Part shown: piece by piece, positions 1 to 7,691 of the stretch
Layout: each line of letters starts with the position of its first letter
Position numbering within the stretch: the stretch's first letter is position 1
Virus record (IMG/VR): IMGVR_UViG_3300027744_000115
Span: 1 to 24,742 of that record
DNA length: 24,742 nucleotides
DNA from: a virus
Lineage: Duplodnaviria > Caudoviricetes
Strand: one strand, 5' to 3'
Made by a program: the position numbers and the translations under genes
The notes under the pieces: generated by a model
The model's database searches: none
What the model saw: the letters and a program-made list of their open reading frames with translations, nothing else
Told to the model about the DNA's origin: nothing

Positions 1-126
1 GGGGGTGTTGCCAGCTTCGAGCCAGGCTAGGTAGGCGGCGTAGTCGGTATTGGCGGGGTCCGGGGGGATGAAGGCGTTGTCCGCAAGGCGGAGGATGCTG
101 GTGCTGGTGGTGAGTTGGTAGGTCAT
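1..126 (-). CDS. Tail fibre-associated/assembly protein, truncated by the window edge (MTYQLTTSTSILRLADNAFIPPDPANTDYAAYLAWLEAGNTP...)
   Basis: Hand translation from ATG at 126, open to base 1; paralogous to the N-terminus of 18941..19474; follows a tail fibre gene. Confidence 0.8.
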   Translation of the reverse strand, partial: MTYQLTTSTSILRLADNAFIPPDPANTDYAAYLAWLEAGNTP

Positions 127-132
127 TGGGGG

Positions 133-1173
133 TTACAGTTCCGCAGAAACAGAAACTTGATAACTGCCAGAGCTATTCGCGGTGCCGGAACCAGTACCAG
201 AAACCAAATGTGTGTTTGTAGAGCTAACTTGAGTCGCTGTGTAAGATGTTGAAAAAGTGCTTGAAATGTTTGTCATGGTCGGGTTTGTTCGCAATCCCGC
301 AAGGCCATATCCAGAAAAAAATGTTCCATCAGAACGTGTAATAAAAGCAGATGTAGCAAGCGTGTAATACCTCTGACACAACGCCAACTCCGCCCCAAAC
401 GACCTGCGCTCAAACGGTGTCGCGACGGTGCCGGGTTCCAGTTGGACGCCGGTGAGGTAGAAGGTGGCGCCGTTGGTGCCGATGACAGAGGTGGCTCCGG
501 TGGCGGAGTAATATCCGGCACCAGCCCAAGCTGAGGCCGTGCCTGAGTATGTTGAACCTACTCCAAGTCCCCAGAATATGGTTATTCCTCGCCCTGTATC
601 AGTAAGCCACGTTCCTGTAGTATCACCAGGGATGGTAATAGTTTTGTATTCAAACGTATTAGCAGAACTAATTGCAAAAGTAAAAGGATAAGATCGGTTG
701 ACAGCGTTGTTTGTTGCAGAACCACCGAACGTGCCTGTCAAGCTAGAACGGACCCAAAAAGACAATGTAATTGTTTTAGCGTTTGCTGTGCCCCACGCCA
801 AATCGTCAACATTTAATCCTTCAACATGCTGCCTGATCCAAACGCTTTGAGTAGCTCCTAAAGACGAATCGGCAGTTGTGGTTGTAAGCAAAAAAGAATT
901 GGTAAAACCAGTCGGAGCAGTTGTTGACCGTTGTGCGGTCATGCCACCGTCCGTGTCTTCCTGTCCGTTCCAGCGGTCAATGATGTAAGCGTCTCCTGCG
1001 GTTAACGCCACCGACGCCCCAGCGTTTCTCTGGTCAATCCGCATGTCGCCGTTGATGATGCGGTTTCGGGTGCCTGCCAGTTGGCCACCGTTGAGGCTTG
1101 TTACGGTTGTGGCACCAAATGTAGGGCTCTGTGCAGAGGTCCCGCTAATAAGTTGTGCAGTAGTCTGGCTCAT
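133..1173 (-). CDS. Tail fibre / receptor-binding protein with carbohydrate-binding-like domain and variable C-terminal tip
   Basis: RNRIINGDMRIDQR ... GVQLEPGTVATPFERRSFGAELALCQRYY ... SAEL motifs typical of phage tail fibre proteins; Thr/Ser/Gly-rich; paralog at 19478..20428. Confidence 0.8.
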   Translation of the reverse strand: MSQTTAQLISGTSAQSPTFGATTVTSLNGGQLAGTRNRIINGDMRIDQRNAGASVALTAGDAYIIDRWNGQEDTDGGMTAQRSTTAPTGFTNSFLLTTTTADSSLGATQSVWIRQHVEGLNVDDLAWGTANAKTITLSFWVRSSLTGTFGGSATNNAVNRSYPFTFAISSANTFEYKTITIPGDTTGTWLTDTGRGITIFWGLGVGSTYSGTASAWAGAGYYSATGATSVIGTNGATFYLTGVQLEPGTVATPFERRSFGAELALCQRYYTLATSAFITRSDGTFFSGYGLAGLRTNPTMTNISSTFSTSYTATQVSSTNTHLVSGTGSGTANSSGSYQVSVSAEL

Positions 1174-1346
1174 GTTTTTTCTTTCTTACCTTCCATTCTA
1201 CAGGCGCACTTTTTGCACGTGGCCCAGGTTTTGTCACCAGGGATTGGCTCCATGGCTACGTCCCAGTCATCGTAGCTGTCGTCGTTACGCAATTTCTTGG
1301 CAAGTTCTGCTGCCCAACTGCGGATTAAATGCGTAGGCACGGTCAC
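1170..1346 (-). CDS. Small hypothetical protein (58 aa), absent from the ORF track
   Basis: GTG start overlaps the upstream TGA (GTGA) and its TGA overlaps the tail fibre ATG (ATGA); MTVPTHLIRSWAAELAKKLRNDDSYDDWDVAMEPIPGDKTWATCKKCACRMEGKKEKT. Confidence 0.7.
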   Translation of the reverse strand: MTVPTHLIRSWAAELAKKLRNDDSYDDWDVAMEPIPGDKTWATCKKCACRMEGKKEKT

Positions 1347-1795
1347 ACTGGGCGAACTAGTGAATTTCTAAGTTGACGCATGCGTTGTTGAAGTTGTTCA
1401 GGTGTGGGCATTGGCAAACGCGGTCCCTGCCTTTCTTTTATCCACTTGTCAACAATAGGTGAATCAATGTCGGGTCCCATAACATCGAAGCTTGGTTCCA
1501 TGGCAACATTAGATGGTGATTGATACTGATAACCAAACCCTTGTGGTGATTGGTTTGAACCAGCACTGTAGGCACCACCGGATCCTTCGCTGAAGTTGGG
1601 GATGTCAGTTCCTGATTGAGAGTAATCTTGACTTGCAGAAGAAAGTTGCTGCCACATTTTTGCTTTATTTAATGCCGTAGTGAAGTCAGGATTCCATCCA
1701 CGCCAACCTTCTTGAAGGTGTGGATTTGTTTTGTAGGTCTTGCCGTCATCAGGATCGCGATAAGTTCCTTCTTTGATTACAGGCGCAAACGTCAT
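1343..1795 (-). CDS. Hypothetical protein (low complexity, possibly virion-internal)
   Basis: 150-aa ORF tightly packed in a minus-strand run. Confidence 0.65.
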   Translation of the reverse strand: MTFAPVIKEGTYRDPDDGKTYKTNPHLQEGWRGWNPDFTTALNKAKMWQQLSSASQDYSQSGTDIPNFSEGSGGAYSAGSNQSPQGFGYQYQSPSNVAMEPSFDVMGPDIDSPIVDKWIKERQGPRLPMPTPEQLQQRMRQLRNSLVRPV

Positions 1796-1800
1796 GGTTA

Positions 1801-2799
1801 TTAGAGGCCTTGAACTTTATTGATGAACATGCCGCCAAGTGTATTTTTTAAGGCATCACCCCAAGGGCTTTTCATTACATAATCTAGAAAGTTTGTGCCA
1901 GGGTTTTGTGCTTCTGGGGTTGTAGGAAGATTTGGCATCCCGGTTGCTCCAGCGGTATATTTTGCTGCTTCGGCTTGAGCAGGTGCAAAAGCGCCGCTAA
2001 TTGCGTTGCCTTGTTGTTGAGGAGGGGCGGGTACTGAGTTGGCAGGTTGACCAAAAGGATTGGGGCTGCCGGCGGGTGCATTGTATTGGCCTTTTGCCAT
2101 AGCCGCTTTGATTGCTTCGTCGCTAGGTCCTGATGTCGGTGCGCCACCGCCAATTCCCTTCCACAGTTCTTCCATTGAGGGTACGTCACCACGTCCCTGC
2201 ATCAGGGGGTTGAAAGTGCCTACAGCACCTCCTGGCTGGACCATTTTGGTGCTGGCGTTCAGTCCCCTCCAGATGTCCATGCCTTGGTCTTGGGCTTCCT
2301 GGGCGGCGCCTGGGAGGGGTCCTTTGGAGGGATCATAGCCTTCCAAAGATTGACGCGCAAGGATTGCTTGGTTGTTATATGCGGTCATGCGTTGACGGTA
2401 CTCTTCACCAATTCCGTCTTGACCTTGAACTATGGCATTGGGGTTAGAACCATTGGGTCCGGCGCCAGCGGTGGAAACTTGGTCACGGGAAGCAGGAGCA
2501 GGTGTAGAAGCAATTCCGTTTGCTCTAGCGTAATTATTCCAATCAGTTTCAGCTTGCTGGCCGCTATAACTAGGTTTTTTTAACAAGCGCCCAGTTACTG
2601 CGTCGTATATATTACCTTGAACATCGGTATATGCGGGCATTGCTGACCTGGTGCCATATCCTGAATACCAAGCAAAATTGCCGCCTGGGGTATTTGTAGA
2701 TGAATTTTCCCAAGCAGCATTAAGCCGTGCTGCTGAGCTTGGTGTCCATTGAGCACCTTTGTACTTGGGTTTAGGTGTTGACTGTCCTGGGAATGCCAT
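1801..2799 (-). CDS. Hypothetical Ala/Gly/Pro/Gln-rich protein (possible internal virion protein)
   Basis: 332-aa ORF with disordered-type composition; function inferred only. Confidence 0.7.
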   Translation of the reverse strand: MAFPGQSTPKPKYKGAQWTPSSAARLNAAWENSSTNTPGGNFAWYSGYGTRSAMPAYTDVQGNIYDAVTGRLLKKPSYSGQQAETDWNNYARANGIASTPAPASRDQVSTAGAGPNGSNPNAIVQGQDGIGEEYRQRMTAYNNQAILARQSLEGYDPSKGPLPGAAQEAQDQGMDIWRGLNASTKMVQPGGAVGTFNPLMQGRGDVPSMEELWKGIGGGAPTSGPSDEAIKAAMAKGQYNAPAGSPNPFGQPANSVPAPPQQQGNAISGAFAPAQAEAAKYTAGATGMPNLPTTPEAQNPGTNFLDYVMKSPWGDALKNTLGGMFINKVQGL

Positions 2800-2883
2800 G
2801 GGATCTAGTGTGGTGCCTCGTAGATTTTGTGATGCAACGAAGCAACTTCTAACTTTATCGTTATTACAATTGTATCACTGGCA

Positions 2884-3087
2884 ATGATGAGGGTTATGAG
2901 GGTTATTCAGGAGTTTCCGAATGGAACAACGATTGAACTTGGTGAGGATGGGCATGGCAATCAGGTGCACAGGGTTTGTAATGTTTCAGGTTCTATGTGT
3001 CGATATGTCGAGCCGCACCATTGTGCCGCCGCTTATGCACAGCAATATGATGAGTATTACTGCGCTAAGAGTGAGATAGGGGCATAA
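2884..3087 (+). CDS. Small hypothetical Cys/His-containing protein
   Basis: 67-aa ORF filling the gap before the inverted repeat; start could be any of several nearby ATGs. Confidence 0.6.
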   Translation: MMRVMRVIQEFPNGTTIELGEDGHGNQVHRVCNVSGSMCRYVEPHHCAAAYAQQYDEYYCAKSEIGA

Positions 3088-3134
3088 ATTGGGCGGTTAC
3101 GTTAATAAAGTAGTGAAAACGGTTCTTGTTATCG

Positions 3135-3442
3135 TTAGGGGGTAAGGATGTACTACCGCAAATCGCTTGGTATGACAGGGATTTTTTTGGACGTACAGAG
3201 TATGCCAAATTAAGGTGGGTTTACTCTTAATGAAGAGAGTTGTGGTTCTAACCTGTAAAGAACATCCGTATGCAACTTTTGTTACGTACCAATGTTCTTT
3301 ACAAGTTAGAACCACCAATTGTCTTTAATAGAGTAAAAGGGCAAATAATCGCATACTCTGTACGTTAAAACCCCCTACCCCGAGACCCTTGACACCGCAA
3401 CCGTTTTGACCTAGTTTTAATTGGTACGCAACTTACCCCTAC
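3135..3442. repeat. Long nested imperfect inverted repeat centred on TTTT at 3277-3280
   Basis: Arms 3242-3265/3292-3315 (23/24 complementary), 3220-3227/3330-3337 (8/8), 3191-3205/3351-3365 (15/15); weaker outer arms 3159-3180/3386-3408 and 3135-3155/3422-3442. Confidence 0.92.
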
Positions 3443-3443
3443 C

Positions 3444-3935
3444 ATGCAGCTCCTGGATTTCTTCAAAGAAAACTACCTGACCGAGCAAAACCTCCTGTTT
3501 TTTGTCAGCGTTCTGAATCGGTTTCAGTCCCAGCTGGGGGCAGAAGCCTGTTGGTGCCTCAAAACCAGTAATCACAGCAAGCTGCAGGGGTTTACAACCA
3601 GTCACAGTTCGCGGCCCCTATATAAAGGACGGGATGCACGGATCTTGGTGATGGCAGCAGTCGATCAGTATCAAGACGAGTCTCAACCTGTAGTGGTTAG
3701 ACGGCACCAATGCAAGTCAGCACACTGCCTAAACCCAAACCACTACTACTTCGGGTCCAAAACAGACGTGTGCTTCGAGCGCGGCCAACGCAAAGGAAGC
3801 CTCATCACTCCAGCAGTGGTCAAGGAGCTACGGGCTGCGCATATGGAGAACAAAACGTACGCTGCCCTTGCGCGGCAATACAAAATCCCTTACCATATTG
3901 TTCGGCGGATCTGCGCTTACGAGGCTTATGACTGA
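3444..3935 (+). CDS. His-Me finger (HNH, zinc-binding loop type) domain protein with C-terminal HTH; possibly nuclease-inactive
   Basis: CW...RHQCKSAHCLNPNHYYFG matches H-x-C-x4-C-x-N-P-x-H; C-terminal LITPAVVKELR...YAALARQYKIPYHIVRRI is HTH-like. Confidence 0.75.
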   Translation: MQLLDFFKENYLTEQNLLFFVSVLNRFQSQLGAEACWCLKTSNHSKLQGFTTSHSSRPLYKGRDARILVMAAVDQYQDESQPVVVRRHQCKSAHCLNPNHYYFGSKTDVCFERGQRKGSLITPAVVKELRAAHMENKTYAALARQYKIPYHIVRRICAYEAYD

Positions 3936-4521
3936 CAATTTTTCTCAAATTCTTCTTAAGAACAGTGAAGCCATCCAAAATCAATTTCCTGAAGAAGCTC
4001 ATGAAGCAAGCGAAATCTTAAGAAAAAATGAAGACATCCTTTGCCTGTGGCACAAAAAGAAACAGCCCGGCCACAAAGGAAAGTTTGGATTGATGTATGA
4101 ATGCCTTGATTGCATGGAGGAAATCCAGAATGGCAGGTGCGCTATCGACGTAAAAAACTTCAGTTTCGACACCTACTGGCAGGTCAAGAAGTTTTGGGAG
4201 AAGGTTGAAATTAAAAAAGCAACCATGTGTTGGCCATGGATCGGCGCCACGAAGAAAAAGAACACAGAAACAGCCGCGTACATGCCAAGCCCCGCCCACA
4301 GCGGTCGAATCCAATCGGCAGCACGGGTTGCCTTCTGGACATCAAGGGGTTACACCGGACGGATGCGCGTGTTCCACCAATCGGGTTGCGATATGTTGTG
4401 TTGTAATCCACTTCATTTGCAGCTCCGTGAGCTAGAATCAATTCCCGTCCCTACAAAAGCTCCCGTTGTGAACTTAAGTTACGGGAACATCTTTGATCAT
4501 GCCAGAGCCGCAAATGTCTAA
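3928..4521 (+). CDS. His-Me finger (HNH) domain protein with N-terminal Cys/His cluster; possibly nuclease-inactive
   Basis: FWEKV...CWPWIG...AARVAF...HQSGCDMLCCNPLHL; N-terminal CLWH..GH..CLDC; start placed at ATG 3928, overlapping the upstream stop, rather than 3868. Confidence 0.75.
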   Translation: MTDNFSQILLKNSEAIQNQFPEEAHEASEILRKNEDILCLWHKKKQPGHKGKFGLMYECLDCMEEIQNGRCAIDVKNFSFDTYWQVKKFWEKVEIKKATMCWPWIGATKKKNTETAAYMPSPAHSGRIQSAARVAFWTSRGYTGRMRVFHQSGCDMLCCNPLHLQLRELESIPVPTKAPVVNLSYGNIFDHARAANV

Positions 4522-4837
4522 GCCCACATCCAAAATCAGCCGAGTGCTGCCCAGTAATTACCACGAAGAAACACGTCAATATGCAGGTCATGTTTACATT
4601 GGTGGCACCAATCATTGGACCAAATGGTTTGAGGATAAAGAAGAAGCAGCCCTAGAGCTACGTTGCCTGGAGAAAAGGCTGAGCTTTGAAACAATTGAAA
4701 CTGTTGAAAAAGAGGGCATGTATCCCGATCGTGCTAAAGTGATGGAAGAAAAGTATCAAGCTAGTGGCCGCACTGACGGTCTTTACACTGGCCTAATGAC
4801 AGAAGATGGCCAGGTTTCTAACAACACTTCCTGCTAA
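4514..4837 (+). CDS. Small protein with possible AP2-like DNA-binding domain
   Basis: YAGHVYIGGTNHWTKWFEDKEEAALEL resembles the AP2 strand-strand-F-x-x-x-EEAA helix pattern; ATG 4514 overlaps the upstream stop. Confidence 0.5.
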   Translation: MSKPTSKISRVLPSNYHEETRQYAGHVYIGGTNHWTKWFEDKEEAALELRCLEKRLSFETIETVEKEGMYPDRAKVMEEKYQASGRTDGLYTGLMTEDGQVSNNTSC

Positions 4838-5561
4838 CTCAGGTTATTATAATCTTGGCTCAGTACAGGCCTATCCCACTGGCGGATCCGGGCCAACTGC
4901 TTATGGTCCTACGTCATATTTTGGAAGTGATCCCTTGCCTTCACGGACAGGGGATTCAATTAATACTGCGCAAGATCTTGGCGATTTTGCTAATATTTTT
5001 AAATCTATTACGCTGACAAGTACGCACGGTGGCAACACACGGATTCAATCTACGTTTTACAAATTAACGCTAACAAAACCAAGGGCGTTGCTTCTTTCAC
5101 AGAATTACAGCCCTACCTCATATCAATCAAATACAAATCGAAACACAATTGTTTCTTTTTACAAAGTAGAAGATGGAACCCATCGTCGGGAACTTCCTAT
5201 CAATGATGAAGGTTATGTTTATAAGCAAACGGGGCTGAACGAAGAAGATTCTTCTGACGGAAACGTCGGTTATTTACACGATTACCCAAGCGAACAACTT
5301 GATCCTGGCACTTACATAATGCTGATAACGAACGATATTCGTTATCTAGCCACTACTTATTCACTTACGTTATTTTCCGTCAATGGCGATTGGCGTTATG
5401 TTAATGAAGAAATTTTAGAATCCGCTGATTTTGGTTTAATAATTGAAGGATCAGTGGCAACTTTAGATTTTGGTGATTTAACAGTGCTCAAAAGAAGGAG
5501 CGATTATCCTTATTCAACGGTCAGTGGCTTAGGGTACACGCGAGAAGGCGTTTCACCATAA
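4806..5561 (+). CDS. Hypothetical beta-rich protein, likely virion structural
   Basis: 251 aa, Thr/Ser/Tyr-rich; GDSINTAQDLG...LDPGTYIML pattern recalls PPC-like beta-sandwiches; two DFG motifs near the C-terminus. Confidence 0.6.
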   Translation: MARFLTTLPANSGYYNLGSVQAYPTGGSGPTAYGPTSYFGSDPLPSRTGDSINTAQDLGDFANIFKSITLTSTHGGNTRIQSTFYKLTLTKPRALLLSQNYSPTSYQSNTNRNTIVSFYKVEDGTHRRELPINDEGYVYKQTGLNEEDSSDGNVGYLHDYPSEQLDPGTYIMLITNDIRYLATTYSLTLFSVNGDWRYVNEEILESADFGLIIEGSVATLDFGDLTVLKRRSDYPYSTVSGLGYTREGVSP

Positions 5562-5600
5562 CAAAACATCTGCTAACCTGTTTAAATCCAGGAGAATCCC

Positions 5601-5861
5601 ATGAAAGTTGTTACGTTTCAAGAATTGGAAGCTTCTTTCGAGCAAATCCTGGAAGACATCGAAGTCAATAAAGAACACTACAGGATTCAACGGGAGGACG
5701 GAGAAGACGTAATGCTCGTTCCCGCCGAAACCTACACAGTGTTAAAAGATGTGTACACGGATTGGGTTGAAGAACCGCAAAACGAGCCGCCCATAGAGCA
5801 GTTTGATCCGTACCCGCTCCCTATGGAGTACATTGCAGACGCTGAACCTGAGACGTTTTAA
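5601..5861 (+). CDS. Phd/YefM family antitoxin-like protein (orphan)
   Basis: MKVVTFQELEASFEQILEDIEVNKEHYRIQREDGEDVMLVPAETY fits the Phd/YefM N-terminal pattern; acidic tail; AGGAG ribosome binding site upstream. Confidence 0.75.
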   Translation: MKVVTFQELEASFEQILEDIEVNKEHYRIQREDGEDVMLVPAETYTVLKDVYTDWVEEPQNEPPIEQFDPYPLPMEYIADAEPETF

Positions 5862-5871
5862 CTTGTCGCTT

Positions 5872-6297
5872 TTACGAGTACCCTGCGCCTTCTGCCCATG
5901 AGGGACGTTCTTTTGCAACTTGCGCAGGTTTGTCACCAGCACGGCTTAGAGCTTCAGCATAATCTTGCTGTGATTGTGAGAAATTAGTAGCTGCTGCTTG
6001 TTGTGCAGGAGCAAACTTGTTATCGACACCACTGGTTGCACGGGTGTACTTGTCTCCAGTGGGAAGGCTGGCTAGGTAAGTTCCGGCAGCTTGCATATTC
6101 ACGCCAGCATTTTGCGCCCTGAGCTGAGCTGGGGTGCCTGCTTGCGCGTACAATGTGTCTTGAGCCGTTTGTGTTTGACTTTGAAGCCGCGCCAAGTAAT
6201 CCGCAGTGTGCGCAAAACTTTCCTTAGGAATTACCGATTGGTAAACCGTAGGAGCGGTGGGAGACGGCATAACTGTAGTCGGAGGTGAACCACCCAT
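5872..6297 (-). CDS. Hypothetical Ala/Gln-rich protein
   Basis: 141-aa ORF; possible TAAAAT -10 box upstream on the minus strand. Confidence 0.65.
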   Translation of the reverse strand: MGGSPPTTVMPSPTAPTVYQSVIPKESFAHTADYLARLQSQTQTAQDTLYAQAGTPAQLRAQNAGVNMQAAGTYLASLPTGDKYTRATSGVDNKFAPAQQAAATNFSQSQQDYAEALSRAGDKPAQVAKERPSWAEGAGYS

Positions 6298-6320
6298 AAT
6301 TCTTACTTCTTAATCTGCAC

Positions 6321-6689
6321 TTGTATGCTAATTTTATCAGTTACGAATCCATAAAGATGTTGGACACCAACAACTCCCAAGGGTCCCAAGATCAGAACCA
6401 AAAGCAACTCAGCAACAGTGATGGGCCTGGACATAAAAAGGAGTGCACTTCTATGGATGAGTTTAGCCTCCTTTTGTCAAAAGTGTCCACCGCTGTGCTA
6501 TGGAAAACACTGATGACTCAACAACAACGATTAATAGCCACGGCTTTATGGCAGGCCTGCAACTATGGCGGGAGACCAAAGCCTGGTGATCTTAAACACA
6601 TGGAAAAGAAACGTGATTACGCAGAGTGGGTTTTACGAATTGATCACCGCCAGCAAGTAGAAAAAGCCAAAAAGCAGGGTAAGCTGTAA
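6321..6689 (+). CDS. Hypothetical protein (true start probably ATG 6357 or 6453)
   Basis: First ORF of the plus-strand run 6321-8302. Confidence 0.6.
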   Translation: MYANFISYESIKMLDTNNSQGSQDQNQKQLSNSDGPGHKKECTSMDEFSLLLSKVSTAVLWKTLMTQQQRLIATALWQACNYGGRPKPGDLKHMEKKRDYAEWVLRIDHRQQVEKAKKQGKL

Positions 6690-6709
6690 CAACCAGCAAC
6701 TTTGTACCA

Positions 6710-7372
6710 GTGGAAGAAGATCTATTTCTGCAGGAAGAAGAACCACTCACGGATGGGGTAGCATCACTCACAGAAGAGGTAGCTCCTGTAACACCTGCCA
6801 GAGCCACCAAATACCTTAGCTACCGCTTCACGGGACTTGATATTGATACTGTCACTGTTGATAACTACGAAAACCTCATGCGACCTTCACTTGCTGAGCA
6901 GGTGAGCATGTTCATTCCTCTCTCTGGTAGTTTTAAAACGCCTGATCTGCGCCGTTACCTTGAGCTACTAAAAACATACGAGACTAGTACAAATGATCTA
7001 ATCCTTGGGTTCTCTCTGGCGGATCAAATTAGGGTAACGTTTAGCGACATGAAACCTGCCACCATCTGTGAGAAGTTCCCGGACATTGATCTTGTCACAA
7101 AACGACGGTACCGTTGTGTAGCCGAATACCTTATACGGCAAGGCGAACTGACCAAAGTTAAAGATGAAAACGGTAAACTAGTTAAGAAAATAGGGAACAT
7201 GGGCAAAGCAGTGGTCATTTATGAGCCACTACCCAAGATCCGCCAAACCCTCCAACGCTCAGGACTTGCTGAGTACATAAAAAATGAACAACCAACGCAA
7301 GAAGCTGCTGTCGAAACTCAACCTGGCGAACCCAGCACCGGAGGAACGGATCCTGACGCAACTGACGATTGA
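6710..7372 (+). CDS. Hypothetical protein, possible winged-helix DNA-binding C-terminal domain
   Basis: Helical segment (PATICEKF...KRRYRCVAEYLIRQGEL) followed by a basic beta-hairpin (KKIGNMGKAVVIYEP); fold inferred. Confidence 0.6.
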   Translation: MEEDLFLQEEEPLTDGVASLTEEVAPVTPARATKYLSYRFTGLDIDTVTVDNYENLMRPSLAEQVSMFIPLSGSFKTPDLRRYLELLKTYETSTNDLILGFSLADQIRVTFSDMKPATICEKFPDIDLVTKRRYRCVAEYLIRQGELTKVKDENGKLVKKIGNMGKAVVIYEPLPKIRQTLQRSGLAEYIKNEQPTQEAAVETQPGEPSTGGTDPDATDD

Positions 7373-7691
7373 ACGTATCTGCGCAGATATGTGCGATTTC
7401 TATGAAAAATTCTATGCACAAGAGGGCCCTGGCACCATTGTGTATGTTCCCGATGCAGAAAAAGAGGAGGACTCAATGTTCTTTTTATCGGTGGATTGTT
7501 TGATTTCAGCAGTTGATGACCTCAGCCGCCAGGAGTTAGAAGGTCCTGCAGAAGTAATGCGAAAGGCCATCGCCAGGGCAGAAGCACTGGACCCTGAAAA
7601 AGAAGCGCTTTTCATCATCCAGGATAAAGAGCACCTGGCGCTTGTACACTACAACCGCGAAAAGTCTGCGTCAAAACTAACCATTACGTGA
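7284..7691 (+). CDS. Hypothetical protein with weak resemblance to CcmS-like cyanobacterial proteins
   Basis: 135 aa; GTGA-coupled to the methyltransferase gene; C-terminal DPEKEALFII...LALVHY. Confidence 0.6.
   Translation: MNNQRKKLLSKLNLANPAPEERILTQLTIERICADMCDFYEKFYAQEGPGTIVYVPDAEKEEDSMFFLSVDCLISAVDDLSRQELEGPAEVMRKAIARAEALDPEKEALFIIQDKEHLALVHYNREKSASKLTIT

Noticed and set aside
130-416. Diversity-generating retroelement VR/TR pair between the two tail fibre tips
   Set aside because: The tips are not near-identical with adenine-specific differences, and no reverse transcriptase is present in the window
3097-3318. 73-aa minus-strand ORF
   Set aside because: Lies over the long inverted repeat, has a weak start and no protein-like features; likely spurious
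3135-3442. CRISPR array, MITE or intrinsic terminator
   Set aside because: No direct repeat-spacer periodicity, no evident target-site duplication or transposase, and no short GC stem with U-tract
3868-3927. Extended N-terminus of the second HNH gene given in the ORF track
   Set aside because: TTG start deep inside the upstream gene; ATG 3928 overlapping the upstream stop is more parsimonious
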